NCBI GenBank assembly: GCA_963668645.2 | Contig: CAXXWC010000018.1 | Span: forward strand, 480,001-544,000 | Direction: 5' to 3' | Length of the DNA stretch: 64,000 bases | Origin: Desulfobacterales bacterium | GTDB lineage: Bacteria; Desulfobacterota; Desulfobacteria; Desulfobacterales; UBA2174 | Shown here: one piece after another, positions 29,145 through 39,144 of the stretch | Layout of the letters: each line of letters opens with the position of its first letter | Numbering within the stretch: position 1 is the stretch's first letter | Notes under the pieces: generated by a model | What the model was told of the DNA's origin: nothing | The model's database searches: none | Seen by the model: only the letters and a program-made list of their open reading frames with translations | Position numbers and translations under genes: made by a program

Positions 29145-30517
29145 CCAACAGCGACCCTCAACTCGAAACGCGATTGATCGATCATCTCTTTCGGGTCGGT
29201 TACGACGACCTGGACGAAAACACGGTGGCCTGCTGCAAGCGCCTGGTGATGGACACGCTGGCGGTGGCCTTTCCCGGCCGCACGGCCCCAGGCTGCCCGG
29301 AGGTGCGGGCCCTGGTGGAATCGTGGCCGAGTCCCAAAGGCGCATCGGTGCTTTTTTCGGGCGCCAAGGCAGCCCCGCCCATGGCGGCCCTGGCCAACAG
29401 CACCATGATGCACGCGCTGGACTTCGACGACACCCTGGACGCCTCGGCCCTGCATACCTTCGTCTCCGTGCTGCCGGCCTGCCTGGCGGCGGCCGAGGCG
29501 GTGGGCGGGGTGGACGGCAAGACCCTGATCACGGCCCTGGCCCTGGGAGTGGATGTGATCTGCCGCATCAGTCTGGGCATCCAGCGTCCCCTGTCCTGGA
29601 TCCGCACGGCCACCTGCGGCAGTTTCGGGGCCGCGGCGGCCGCAGCCAAGATTCTCGGCCTGGACCGCGAGCGGCTCTGGGATGCCCTGGGTATCGTCTA
29701 CGCCCAGACCTCGGGCAACGCCCAGGGGCTGATCGAGGGGCGCCTGGTCAAGCGGATGCAGCCGGCCTTTGCCGCCTCGGCCGGCGTGACGGCCGCTTTT
29801 TTGGCAGCCCGCGGGATCACCGGCAGCCGGGCCTTTTTGACCGGCAGTTACGGTTACTATCCGCTCTACGAACAGGGGGACCTCGACCCGGAGCCGGTCC
29901 TGGCCGATCTGGGCCGGCGCTATGCCGTCACCGATTTGAGTATCAAGCCGTATCCTTGCTGCCGCATGACCCACAGCGCCATCGACGCGGCCCTGGCAGT
30001 GCGTGAGGCGGCAGGGGAGGCCGCGAGTATCACGCGCATCGAGGTCCAGGCCTCCTCCATGGTCACCGAGATGGTGGGCAAGCCGTTCAAGATCGGCAAA
30101 AATCCCCAGGTCGACGCCCAGTTCAGCATTCCTTACACCGTCGCCTGCGCCCTGGTGCGCGGCGACGTTTTCCTCGGTGATTTCGAGCCTGAGGCCATCG
30201 GCGAGAAAGCGGTCCTCGATCTGGCCGCAAAGGTGCACGTCATCGAAGATCCGGACCTGGCGCCCAAGGATATCCTTCCGGCCAGGATTCGTGTTTACCG
30301 AGACGCAAAGGCGCCGGTGGAGACCCGAATCGACGCTCCGCTCGGCAACCCGCTGCGGCCCATGACGGATGATCAATGCCGCCGGAAGTTCGAGAAATGC
30401 CTCGATTATTCCGGCTATGCCATCGAGGCCGGCGGGCGGCAGGAACTCCTGGCCGCCATCACAACCCTGGAAACCCTGGCGGATGTCCGTTCGCTGCTGG
30501 CTTGGGTGGCGCAATGA
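29141..30517 (+). CDS. MmgE/PrpD family protein
   Basis: ANSTMMHALDFDD, KPYPCCRMTH, AQFSIPY motifs. Confidence 0.92.
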   Translation: MTNSDPQLETRLIDHLFRVGYDDLDENTVACCKRLVMDTLAVAFPGRTAPGCPEVRALVESWPSPKGASVLFSGAKAAPPMAALANSTMMHALDFDDTLDASALHTFVSVLPACLAAAEAVGGVDGKTLITALALGVDVICRISLGIQRPLSWIRTATCGSFGAAAAAAKILGLDRERLWDALGIVYAQTSGNAQGLIEGRLVKRMQPAFAASAGVTAAFLAARGITGSRAFLTGSYGYYPLYEQGDLDPEPVLADLGRRYAVTDLSIKPYPCCRMTHSAIDAALAVREAAGEAASITRIEVQASSMVTEMVGKPFKIGKNPQVDAQFSIPYTVACALVRGDVFLGDFEPEAIGEKAVLDLAAKVHVIEDPDLAPKDILPARIRVYRDAKAPVETRIDAPLGNPLRPMTDDQCRRKFEKCLDYSGYAIEAGGRQELLAAITTLETLADVRSLLAWVAQ

Positions 30518-31254
30518 AAGATCGCGCATCCCAGGACAGGCCTGCAGGGGGAGGATCGGTCAAGGCTCTTTTCGACGCCGGGGCACTGGATTACGACGCG
30601 GGGCGCCGCCGGGTGATTTTCTGTTTCGACGATTTTTACGGCACCCTGCTGGCGCTGGTCCCTTTCACGCCCGGCCAACCTTTTCGCTTCCTCGACCTGG
30701 GGGCCGGAACCGGGCTCGTGTCCGAGCTGATCCGGTCGCGCTTTCCCGGCGCCGAGGCCCATCTGCTAGACGTGTCGGAAAAAATGATGGAACAGGCCCG
30801 GCTGCGATTCGAGGGCCGGCAGGGAGTCCGTTTTTACGAGCGCGATTACGCTGCGGCCGATTTGCCCGGGACCTATCCGCTGGTGGTCTCGGCCATGTCA
30901 ATTCACCACCTTGGCGATGACGGCAAGCAGCGGTTGATGGGTAAGATTTTTGCCGCCCTGGAACCGGGCGGTGCATTCATCCACGCGGATCTTGCCCTGG
31001 GTGCCACGCCGGCGGTGGAACAAGGCTACCAGGACCACTGGCGGCGCCATCTGGCGGCCTGCGGGCTCGATCCGGCAGAGCTGGCGCGCATCGGCGAGCG
31101 GATGGCCTGCGACCGGCCGGCGTCTCTCGAAGATCAGCTCGGCTGGATGCGAGCCGCAGGGTTCGTGGATGTGGACTGTTTTTACAAGAACTTCAACTTT
31201 ACGGTTTACATGGGTAAAAAGCCGCCGACCGGCCATGAAGGCCGGCGGCCCTGA
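30514..31254 (+). CDS. Class I SAM-dependent methyltransferase
   Basis: FLDLGAGTG, LLDVS..M, SAMSIHHL, LEPGG. Confidence 0.9.
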   Translation: MKDRASQDRPAGGGSVKALFDAGALDYDAGRRRVIFCFDDFYGTLLALVPFTPGQPFRFLDLGAGTGLVSELIRSRFPGAEAHLLDVSEKMMEQARLRFEGRQGVRFYERDYAAADLPGTYPLVVSAMSIHHLGDDGKQRLMGKIFAALEPGGAFIHADLALGATPAVEQGYQDHWRRHLAACGLDPAELARIGERMACDRPASLEDQLGWMRAAGFVDVDCFYKNFNFTVYMGKKPPTGHEGRRP

Positions 31255-31270
31255 AACAACCGGAGGCGCA

Positions 31271-32683
31271 ATGGAATACGACCTGAAACGACTGACCAAA
31301 GATCTTGCCGCCCTGGTCGGTAAGGAGAACGCGTTTACCGACCGGCCCACGGCCATGGCCTATGCCAAGGACACGATGCCCTGGGACGTGGAGGCGCATC
31401 ACGTGCCTTTCGCCGTGGTGCGCCCGGCCGACAGCCGGGAGGTTTCCGAGGTGCTCAAATACGCCAACGCGCGCGGCATCCCGGTGCACACCCACGGTTC
31501 GGGGACCTCGCTGGTGGGTCTCGGCCGGCCCAAGACCAATGCCATCGTGCTGGACACGGGCAGGATGCAGAAGCTGGAGATTTTCCCCGAGCGGGGCTAC
31601 TTCGAGGTGGAGCCGGGGATGCACATCGGCAAGCTGAGAAAGGCGCTGGCGCCGCACAAGGCGTTGCTGCCGATTTTTCCGGGCAGCGAGCCGATCGCCA
31701 CCATCGGCGGTTCGGTGGCGGTGAACACCAGTGCCCACGCGGTGGACGCCAGCCTCTGCAAACCTGGCGACTACGTTCTGGGCCTGGAGGTGGTGCTGGC
31801 CACCGGGGAGATACTCGAGACGGGCACCGAATCGACCCGCAAGCCGGCCGGCATCGAGGCGACCAAGTTTCTCGTCGGTTCCGAAGGGCTGCTGTGCGTG
31901 ATCACCAAGGTCCGCATGCGCCTGATCCCCAAGCCGCAGACGGCCAATATCGTTGCCTATTTTGCCAGTACCGAGGAAATCCTCGACACGGTGATGGCCA
32001 TGTACCGCGAGGGGATGCACACGCCGTTGTTTTTCGAATACCTGGACGAAAAATCGGCCCCGGTGGGATTCAAGGCCGTGGGGCTGGAACCGCCCAAAGG
32101 CGCGGTGGCCATGATGACCATGCATTCGGCCACCGCGGCCGGGTGCGAGGCCAAGGCCCAGGCCTTTCTCGAGTTTCTCCAGCGGCGCAATCCCATTTCG
32201 GCCGAAATCGTGTCCGATACCGAGCGCTGGAACAAGATCTGGAGCAGCCGTGCCGAGGCGGGCAACTACGTCTACCGTCTCGGGTCGACCTTCGGCAGTG
32301 AGATCACCCCGCGGGTCGACCGGCTCAAGGAGGCCTTCCTGGAGGCCAAACAGATTATTCTCAACCTCGACAGCTATAAGGGCAACGAGTTTTACTCCTT
32401 CGGGCATATCGGGGCGCCCACGATCCACGCCTATGCCTTTATCCCCTCCAAGGAGATCCCCAACGAGGTGAAAAAGGCGGTGACCCTGGAGGTGCGCGAA
32501 AAGACCGAGGCACTCAACGTCAAGTACGGCGGCTGCGGGGGCGAGTGGGGGCTGACGGCCCAGCGGGCCGGTTTTCTCGAAGCGAAGTACGGCCCGGCCT
32601 ACACTGCTTTTCTGGCCGGGTTGAAGAAGACCTTCGACCCGAACAACATTTTAAACCGCGGCAATCTGGAGGGCTGGCTGTGA
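31271..32683 (+). CDS. FAD-linked oxidase/dehydrogenase, GlcD/D-lactate dehydrogenase family
   Basis: GSGTSL, PGS...TIGG, FLVGSEG, FGH......H, FDPNNILN. Confidence 0.9.
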   Translation: MEYDLKRLTKDLAALVGKENAFTDRPTAMAYAKDTMPWDVEAHHVPFAVVRPADSREVSEVLKYANARGIPVHTHGSGTSLVGLGRPKTNAIVLDTGRMQKLEIFPERGYFEVEPGMHIGKLRKALAPHKALLPIFPGSEPIATIGGSVAVNTSAHAVDASLCKPGDYVLGLEVVLATGEILETGTESTRKPAGIEATKFLVGSEGLLCVITKVRMRLIPKPQTANIVAYFASTEEILDTVMAMYREGMHTPLFFEYLDEKSAPVGFKAVGLEPPKGAVAMMTMHSATAAGCEAKAQAFLEFLQRRNPISAEIVSDTERWNKIWSSRAEAGNYVYRLGSTFGSEITPRVDRLKEAFLEAKQIILNLDSYKGNEFYSFGHIGAPTIHAYAFIPSKEIPNEVKKAVTLEVREKTEALNVKYGGCGGEWGLTAQRAGFLEAKYGPAYTAFLAGLKKTFDPNNILNRGNLEGWL

Positions 32684-33021
32684 CCAACGACGACTCGGAT
32701 CGGGACCATTTGCTCAAAGAGATCGCCAAGTGCCGCTCGTGCCGGTTCTGCGTCGATGTCTGTCCGACCTACCAGGCTTCGGGGGGGGTGGAGAGTTTTT
32801 CCTCCTTCGGCCGGCTGCAGATCATCAAGTATCTTCTCAACGGCACTCTGGCCTTCGACGATGCCCTGACCTATTGCCTGTACAGTTGCCTGCAGTGCCG
32901 GCGCTGTGAAGTGATGTGCAAGAGCAAGGGGCAGAACCTTGACATTTGTGAATTGCTTGGGACCGGCCGGCGTCTTTTGTCAAACCGGCTGGCCAGGGGA
33001 GGACGCCATGCGAAGCTCTAA
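32680..33021 (+). CDS. 2x[4Fe-4S] ferredoxin-like subunit (GlcF N-terminal-like)
   Basis: CRSCRFCVDVCP and CLQCRRCEVMC; GTG start overlaps the upstream stop. Confidence 0.85.
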   Translation: MTNDDSDRDHLLKEIAKCRSCRFCVDVCPTYQASGGVESFSSFGRLQIIKYLLNGTLAFDDALTYCLYSCLQCRRCEVMCKSKGQNLDICELLGTGRRLLSNRLARGGRHAKL

Positions 33022-34006
33022 GGTACTGGTGGCCCAGGCCCTGAGGACGATAGAGGGCAACCTTGAGCGCACCGGGGATCCGCTGGGGCTCAAGACGGAC
33101 TACTGGACGCGCTGGGCAGAGGGTCTGGGCCTTGATCAACGCGGTCCGACCCTGCTCTACACGGCGCGCATGTACCAGATGCTGCCCTATGTGGTGAGCG
33201 CCACGGAGATGGCCGCCGCGGCCCAACCGATCGTGCCGGCCCTGGCGGTGGACGCGATTGCCCGCATGGCCGAGATGGCCGGGGCCCTGGCCGCCGATCC
33301 CCTTTTGCGGTTTCAGGCGCGCGGGGAACGGGAGATCCGGCGCCGCGGGGAGGCGGCCCTGCAGGGGATTGTCGCGGCCCTGGCCGCCGGCCAAATCCGG
33401 CCGGCCTACCTCTGGCAGAAAGAACCTTACAGCGGGGTTCTGCTCCACGACCTGGGCCTGGATGCCCAGGTGGCCCCCATCGCCCGGGCGGTCTACCGGA
33501 ACCTGAAAGCGGCCGGGGCCCGGACCGTGGTGGCCACTGATCCGCATACGACCTTCATGCTCCGGAGCGTCTACCCGGCCTTCGTTCCCGGCTTCGATCT
33601 GGATGTGCGCCACTACCTGGAGGTGCTGGCCGGCGCGAAGCTGCCGCAGCGCAGCGGGCCGGCGGCCGGTGTGCCGGAAAAAATCGTGCTGCACGACTCT
33701 TGCGTCATGACCCGGGACCTGGACATCGTGTCCCCGGCGCGCACCGTCCTGCGGCGCCTGGGTATCGAGGTGGTGGAGGCGGAAAACTGTGCCAAGAACA
33801 CGGCCTGCTGCGGCGGTCCGGTGGAATATGCCTTCGCCGACCTGAGCCGCTCGATTTCCTGCATCCGGGCCAAAGAGCTTGCCGGGGCGTGCAAGGATGT
33901 CCTCGTAACCTGTCCCATCTGTCTGATCAACCTGATGAAACACGAAGCGGCGTTGGGCATCCGGGTCTGGGACATGGGGGAGCTGTTGCAAGCCTCGTTT
34001 GCTTGA
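33008..34006 (+). CDS. CCG-domain (Fe-S)-binding protein (GlcF/HdrD C-terminal-like)
   Basis: HDSC, ACCGG, TCPIC; first CCG domain degenerate (YSG..., TDPH). Confidence 0.88.
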   Translation: MRSSKVLVAQALRTIEGNLERTGDPLGLKTDYWTRWAEGLGLDQRGPTLLYTARMYQMLPYVVSATEMAAAAQPIVPALAVDAIARMAEMAGALAADPLLRFQARGEREIRRRGEAALQGIVAALAAGQIRPAYLWQKEPYSGVLLHDLGLDAQVAPIARAVYRNLKAAGARTVVATDPHTTFMLRSVYPAFVPGFDLDVRHYLEVLAGAKLPQRSGPAAGVPEKIVLHDSCVMTRDLDIVSPARTVLRRLGIEVVEAENCAKNTACCGGPVEYAFADLSRSISCIRAKELAGACKDVLVTCPICLINLMKHEAALGIRVWDMGELLQASFA

Positions 34007-34081
34007 GAATGATACATGCCAGCGGCGCTGAAATGGCAGGATGGCTGATTACTAACCCACAAACGAGAGGAGACGGAAGAA

Positions 34082-35128
34082 ATGGGAAAAGTCGCTAAGA
34101 CATTGATGTTGCTGGCAATGGCGGCGGTGCTGACGGTCGTGTTTTCAACGGGGCCGATGATTTCCGCGGCCGGCGCCAAGGAGAAGGTGTGGCGCTTGAA
34201 GGCCCAGGCCTTTACCGTGCCGGGAAAATACGATTGCCAGTGGGTCGTCGCCGAAAAGTTCATTGAACTCGTCAAGAAGCATACCAACGATCGGGTTCTT
34301 TTCAGCTTTCATCCCTCCGGCGAACTCGTGGGTCCCAGGGAGATCTGGACGGCTGTTTCGGCCGGCACCGTGGATGCGGGGGCGACCCTGGACATCAAGG
34401 AAGGCGGCACCCACCCGGAGCTGAGCTTCGATGTGGGCGCGATCTGGACCATCGACGAATTTTTCGGTGTCATGCATGGCGGGGCCCTGGACATCCTGAA
34501 CCGGCAGACCGTTCCGGAAAGCGTTCGCATCATCGGCTATTTCCCCTTGATGCGCTACTACGCCGTGGCGATGCGCAAGGGCCACGTTAAAACCCTGGAA
34601 GATCTGAAAGGTAAGAAGATCCGCGGCATGGGAGGCGCCTCCAACGTATTTTTAAAGGACAAGGGCGCCGGCATCGTCACGTTGCCGATGTCTGAAGTGC
34701 CCCCGGCGTTGCAGACAGGGGTCGTCGAGGGGATCCTGACCGGCTGCGCCGGGCTTTACGCCATGCACCTGTGGGAAGTGGCCCCTTATTTCACGGCGAC
34801 TTACAGCGGCAACTTCGGTTTCTTCTTTCTGATCAACGACGGCATATACAACGAATTTCCGCCAGAGATCAAAGCCGGCATCGACAAGGCCCAGCTCGAG
34901 CTGGAGGGCTGGTACAAAGAGTGGGACAAGAACTTCTGGAAAGAGATCCGCACCGATGTCGAAGCCAAGGGGATCAAGTGGTACGATCTGCCCCCGGAAG
35001 AATCCCTCAGATGGCGCCAGGAGCTGACCAAGGCGTCGGTGGCCTGGAGCCTCAAAAGCAATCCCGAGCTTGGCAAGGAACTCTTCAGCGTCGTTGAGCG
35101 CGTTACCGGCAGGAGCATCCTGAAATAG
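34082..35128 (+). CDS. dctP: TRAP transporter substrate-binding protein
   Basis: Signal peptide, HPSGELV, AVSAGTVD, DLKGKKIR, ALQTGVVEG. Confidence 0.92.
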   Translation: MGKVAKTLMLLAMAAVLTVVFSTGPMISAAGAKEKVWRLKAQAFTVPGKYDCQWVVAEKFIELVKKHTNDRVLFSFHPSGELVGPREIWTAVSAGTVDAGATLDIKEGGTHPELSFDVGAIWTIDEFFGVMHGGALDILNRQTVPESVRIIGYFPLMRYYAVAMRKGHVKTLEDLKGKKIRGMGGASNVFLKDKGAGIVTLPMSEVPPALQTGVVEGILTGCAGLYAMHLWEVAPYFTATYSGNFGFFFLINDGIYNEFPPEIKAGIDKAQLELEGWYKEWDKNFWKEIRTDVEAKGIKWYDLPPEESLRWRQELTKASVAWSLKSNPELGKELFSVVERVTGRSILK

Positions 35129-35152
35129 GCCGATAGATCCAAGGCCGGCAGG

Positions 35153-35224
35153 GGCGCAAACGGTCCTGCGAAAAGTCGAGGCCGCAGTGGATAAAGGCTC
35201 GGTTTTTTGCGGACCGTCTGCGCC
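35153..35224 (+). other. Long imperfect intercistronic hairpin between dctP and dctM
   Basis: GGCGCAAACGGTCC (35153-35166) pairs with GGACCGTCTGCGCC (35211-35224), 13/14; inner GCGAAAAGTCGAG/CTCGGTTTTTTGC. Confidence 0.55.
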
Positions 35225-35288
35225 GGCGGCCTCCGCAACGGCAACCCCATCGACTCTCGTCGATACATCCCACAGAGGCGGCTTCTAA

Positions 35289-36590
35289 ATGGAATGGTAT
35301 TTTCAACTGGCCATCGTGGCCGTTACGATTCTTTGCCTGCTGGCAATGCGCATACCCCTGGGCTATGTTTTCGGCATCGTGGGAACCGCCGGGATCGTTA
35401 TTTCCTCCGGCTTGAACCAGAGCATCGCCATCGTGCAGCAGATTCACGACATTTTGAGCGATTTCGTCCTGATCACCATTCCCCTGTTCGTCTTTATGGC
35501 TGAGATACTTTCCCTGGGCGGTTTTATTCCGGATCTGTACAACAGCGTGGAAAAAATCACCGGGCGCATCCGCGGGTCGCTTTGCGTCGCCACCATTGTG
35601 GCCAGCGCCATTTTCGCAGCGGTGTGCGGTTCGAGCTACGTCACCGCGGCCACCCTCGGGCGCATGACCTTGCCGGAAATGCTTGCCCGCGGCTACGACA
35701 AGAAGCTGGCATCCGGCAGCGTGGCAGCGGGCGGCAGCCTCGGCATCCTGATCCCGCCGAGCCTCGCCTTTGTGATCTACGGCTACATGAGCGGCGCATC
35801 GATCGCCTCTTTGTTCATCGCGGGCATCATTCCCGGCATGCTCCTCGGGATTCTGTTCATCTTGAGCATCGTTTTGTGGATCCGGATCTTCCCGGATAAA
35901 GCCGGATACGGAGAACCGGTGGCCTGGATCGATAAACTGAAAGGTTCCTACAAGATCATTCCGGTTTGCGTGCTGGCCGTCGTCTTGCTGATCTGTATCT
36001 ATCTGGGGGTCACGACCCCGGCCGAAGCCGCCGCCGTCGGGTGCGTGTTTTCCCTTCTGTTGTGTATCGCATACCGCCGGATGACGTGGAAAATCTTTTT
36101 CGACTCCATGCGGCGGACCATATCCGTGAGCGGGTTCATTCTGTTGCTGATGTGTACCGCCAAGATCCTCGGCTTCATGATGGCCAAGGTCGGCATCATG
36201 TACGGCCTGCAAGAGAGCCTGGCATCCATTTCCAAATGGCAGTTTATCATGGTGCTCTATATCACCATCGCCATTCTGGGGCTCTTTCTGGAAGGCAACA
36301 GCATCATCGTGCTGACCACCCCGATATTCGCCCCGGCGGTCAGCGCCATCGGGCTGGATCTGGTCTGGTACGGCATCATCCTGGTCCTGTTTATCGAAAT
36401 CGCCCTGCTGACGCCGCCCGTCGGGATGAACTGTTATATCGTCGCCGAGGTGTCCAAATCTTTCGGCATCGAAATCCAGGAGGTGTTCCGGGGGGTGATC
36501 CCCTTTCTGGTGGCCTTGCTGGTTGCCGTTGTGCTGGTCACCTTAATTCCGGGGCTGGCGCTCTGGCTACCGTCCACCATGGGACAATGA
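35289..36590 (+). CDS. dctM: TRAP transporter large permease
   Basis: IPLFVFMA, GSS, LGILIPPS, TPAEAA, LTPPVGMN. Confidence 0.93.
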   Translation: MEWYFQLAIVAVTILCLLAMRIPLGYVFGIVGTAGIVISSGLNQSIAIVQQIHDILSDFVLITIPLFVFMAEILSLGGFIPDLYNSVEKITGRIRGSLCVATIVASAIFAAVCGSSYVTAATLGRMTLPEMLARGYDKKLASGSVAAGGSLGILIPPSLAFVIYGYMSGASIASLFIAGIIPGMLLGILFILSIVLWIRIFPDKAGYGEPVAWIDKLKGSYKIIPVCVLAVVLLICIYLGVTTPAEAAAVGCVFSLLLCIAYRRMTWKIFFDSMRRTISVSGFILLLMCTAKILGFMMAKVGIMYGLQESLASISKWQFIMVLYITIAILGLFLEGNSIIVLTTPIFAPAVSAIGLDLVWYGIILVLFIEIALLTPPVGMNCYIVAEVSKSFGIEIQEVFRGVIPFLVALLVAVVLVTLIPGLALWLPSTMGQ

Positions 36591-36600
36591 GGAGACTGCC

Positions 36601-37077
36601 ATGATCTACAAGGCATTTGTCAAAATCGTGGAGTGGATTTCCATGGTGGCCATATCCTTGATATTGCTGTTCACCATGTATGAGGTTGGGGCCAGGGAAC
36701 TGCTCGGAAAACCCACCATCTGGACCAATGAAGTCACTTCCTACATGCTGGTCTGGTTCGGTATGCTGAGCATTCTGTACGCCCAGGATAAAAAATCGCA
36801 CGTCAGCGTGGATCTGGTCTACAGCCGGCTCAAGGTTCCGGTCCAGCGCGCCCTTGATCTGGTCAATATGTTTTTGACCCTCATTTTTGCCGTCTTCGTG
36901 TGCGTCTACGGCTACAAGTACTGGTGGCTCGGCTATTCGAGAGGTTGGCGTCATTTCGGCATGCTCGACATCCCCATGAGTTATACCCGGATTGCCATGC
37001 CGATTGCCGGTGCCTTGCTGGTTCTGATCGTATCCCGCTCCTTATATGAAAGACTGTTCAGGAAAACGGACCGCTAG
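36601..37077 (+). CDS. dctQ: TRAP transporter small permease
   Basis: WTNEVTSY, SHVSVD, four TM segments. Confidence 0.9.
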   Translation: MIYKAFVKIVEWISMVAISLILLFTMYEVGARELLGKPTIWTNEVTSYMLVWFGMLSILYAQDKKSHVSVDLVYSRLKVPVQRALDLVNMFLTLIFAVFVCVYGYKYWWLGYSRGWRHFGMLDIPMSYTRIAMPIAGALLVLIVSRSLYERLFRKTDR

Positions 37078-37242
37078 CCGCCGGCCGGCGCAGGAGATGG
37101 AACCCGCGAGCCTCCATACCGCCTGACCGCTCGTGTCTTGCCCTTTTCCACGCGCCGCAGAAGGTTTTCAAAAATCAGGTTCTCTATATTCAACCCAAAC
37201 AGGCATCACGCACCAATGGGAATGCAGAAAGGACGTTCAGAC

Positions 37243-37896
37243 ATGGATCCCGAAAAACAGGCAGCGTTACTGAAAGAGATTCACGATGCGGTTGTGGACA
37301 TGGACGAGGAAAAGACCCCGGAGCTGTGCCGCGAGGCCCTGTCCGCCGGCCTGGACGCCTATAGCGCCATCATGGAGGGTCTGGCGGCGGGGATGGACTC
37401 GGTGGGCAAGCTTTACGAGCAAAACGAGTATTTCGTGCCCGAGCTGCTGCTGTCCTCGGATGCCATGTACGCCGGGCTGGAGGTGCTCAGGCCCCACGTT
37501 AAGGTTGACGAACACGCTGCGGCCGGCAAGATCATCATGGGCGTGGTGGAAGGCGACATCCACGACATCGGCAAGACCCTGGTCAAGACCATGTTCGAGG
37601 CGGCCGGCTGGGAGATTTTCGATCTGGGCAAGGATGTCAAGCTGGAGCGTTTTGCCGAGGAGCTCAAGAGCACCGGGGCGGACGTGGTGGCGCTGTCGGC
37701 CCTGATGACCACCAGCATGATGGCCATGCCCAAGGTGATCGAGATGGTCAAGGCGGTCAATCCGAAGGTGATCGTGCTGGTGGGCGGGGCCCCGCTCAAC
37801 GAGGAGATCGCGCGCCAGTACGGGGCCGATGGGTATGCCACCGATGCCATCCAGGCGGTGGTTACCGCCGAGCGTCTGTTCACCAAAGCGGCCTGA
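37243..37896 (+). CDS. Corrinoid (cobalamin-binding) protein
   Basis: YFVPELL, GDIHDIGK, SALMTTS, VGGAP. Confidence 0.95.
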   Translation: MDPEKQAALLKEIHDAVVDMDEEKTPELCREALSAGLDAYSAIMEGLAAGMDSVGKLYEQNEYFVPELLLSSDAMYAGLEVLRPHVKVDEHAAAGKIIMGVVEGDIHDIGKTLVKTMFEAAGWEIFDLGKDVKLERFAEELKSTGADVVALSALMTTSMMAMPKVIEMVKAVNPKVIVLVGGAPLNEEIARQYGADGYATDAIQAVVTAERLFTKAA

Positions 37897-37915
37897 CGGC
37901 AGCCGGGGGGTAGCC

Positions 37916-38986
37916 ATGCACCTGAGACAGGATCGAATGACAAGCCAGGAGCGGATGGACGCTCTTTTTGCCGGCCAGCGTCCCGACCGGGTTGCGGTGG
38001 GGGCCATGAGTACCGGGTTCAACACGCGCAACGCGGGCCACACGGTGGCCGACGCTTACGAGGATCCGGAAAAGAGCTTTTCGGACATGCAGTGGACCAC
38101 CGAGCAGTACGGGTGGGACCCGATTCCCCAGTATGCCGGTCATACCGTGATGGGTGCCTGGGACTTCGGCGGCAAGGTGCGCATGCCCAAGGGCGAGTAC
38201 GAGGGGGCCCTGGTGGTGACCGATTATCCGGTCAACGCCGAAGAGGACATCGACAAGCTGCGCCTGCCCGATCCGGAAAGTGCCGGGCGGATTCCCCAGG
38301 CCCTGCGTTATGCGCGGCTCCAGTTCGAGCACGATTTGCCGGTCTATTTTTTTTCGCGCAGCCCCTTTACCATGGCGGCCAACATCGCGGGCATCGACCG
38401 CTTTTTGCGCTGGACCATGAAGCGGCCCGAGCTGTGCGAGCGGCTGCTGGAGCTTTCCATCGACCATATCTTCAACGTGCTCGGCCTCTGGGTCGACACC
38501 TTCGGCGCCAGCCGGGTATTTGCCTGGATGAGCAGCCCCACCGAATCGAACCAGCTCGTCTCACCGCGGATCGTCAAGAAGTTCGCCATCCCCTATCACC
38601 AGGAGTACCACCGGCGGCTGCGGGCCCTGGGGGTGATGCGTTTCGGGTTCCACATCTGCGGCGAGCAGAACATGAACCTGCCGCTGCTGGCCGGAGCCGA
38701 TGCCTGGTCCCACCCCAGCGTGCTGAGCTTCGGCCACGAGGTGGATCTTTCCAAGGCCATGGAACACTTTCCCGGGGACATCATCTTCGGCAACATCGAG
38801 CCGGCGGTGATCCAGACCGGAACCCCCGAGACGGTCTACGATCTATGCCGTACGGCCGTCGAAAAGGGACGCCAGGCCCCGGGCGGGTTCATCCTGGGGC
38901 CGGGCTGCGGGCTGCCGGTGGGGGCGCCGCCGGTGAACGTCTATGCCATGACCCGTGCGGCCCACGATTTTGGCTGGTACGAATAG
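37916..38986 (+). CDS. MtaA/CmuA-like (UroD superfamily) Zn-dependent methyltransferase
   Basis: MTSQER....PDR, SPFTMA, FHICG, GNIEP, GFILGPGCG (HxC...C Zn motif). Confidence 0.88.
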   Translation: MHLRQDRMTSQERMDALFAGQRPDRVAVGAMSTGFNTRNAGHTVADAYEDPEKSFSDMQWTTEQYGWDPIPQYAGHTVMGAWDFGGKVRMPKGEYEGALVVTDYPVNAEEDIDKLRLPDPESAGRIPQALRYARLQFEHDLPVYFFSRSPFTMAANIAGIDRFLRWTMKRPELCERLLELSIDHIFNVLGLWVDTFGASRVFAWMSSPTESNQLVSPRIVKKFAIPYHQEYHRRLRALGVMRFGFHICGEQNMNLPLLAGADAWSHPSVLSFGHEVDLSKAMEHFPGDIIFGNIEPAVIQTGTPETVYDLCRTAVEKGRQAPGGFILGPGCGLPVGAPPVNVYAMTRAAHDFGWYE

Positions 38987-39123
38987 ACATTGCCGGAAAC
39001 GGCATCTTTTGGCCCCTGGCGGCGTTTTCGCTCGTTTTCAATCCTTGAAATAGTGAACTATTGCTCCGGTTGAAAACGCGCTCGGGCCTTGCCAGGAACC
39101 CAAATCCACCATTTCCGGGGTGA
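38987..39123. repeat. Structured palindromic intergenic repeat, copy A (MITE/REP-like)
   Basis: Reverse complement aligns over about 120 nt with 45899-46042; nested inverted repeats CCGGAAA/TTTCCGG, CGTTTTCAA/TTGAAAACG, AATAG/CTATT. Confidence 0.8.
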
Positions 39124-39144
39124 CGGTAAAGAAAAGGAAACAGT

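Noticed and set aside
32990..33021. Possible frameshift splitting a single glcF gene
   Set aside because: The second ORF has a clear SD (GGAGGA) and ATG overlapping the first ORF's end, consistent with translational coupling.
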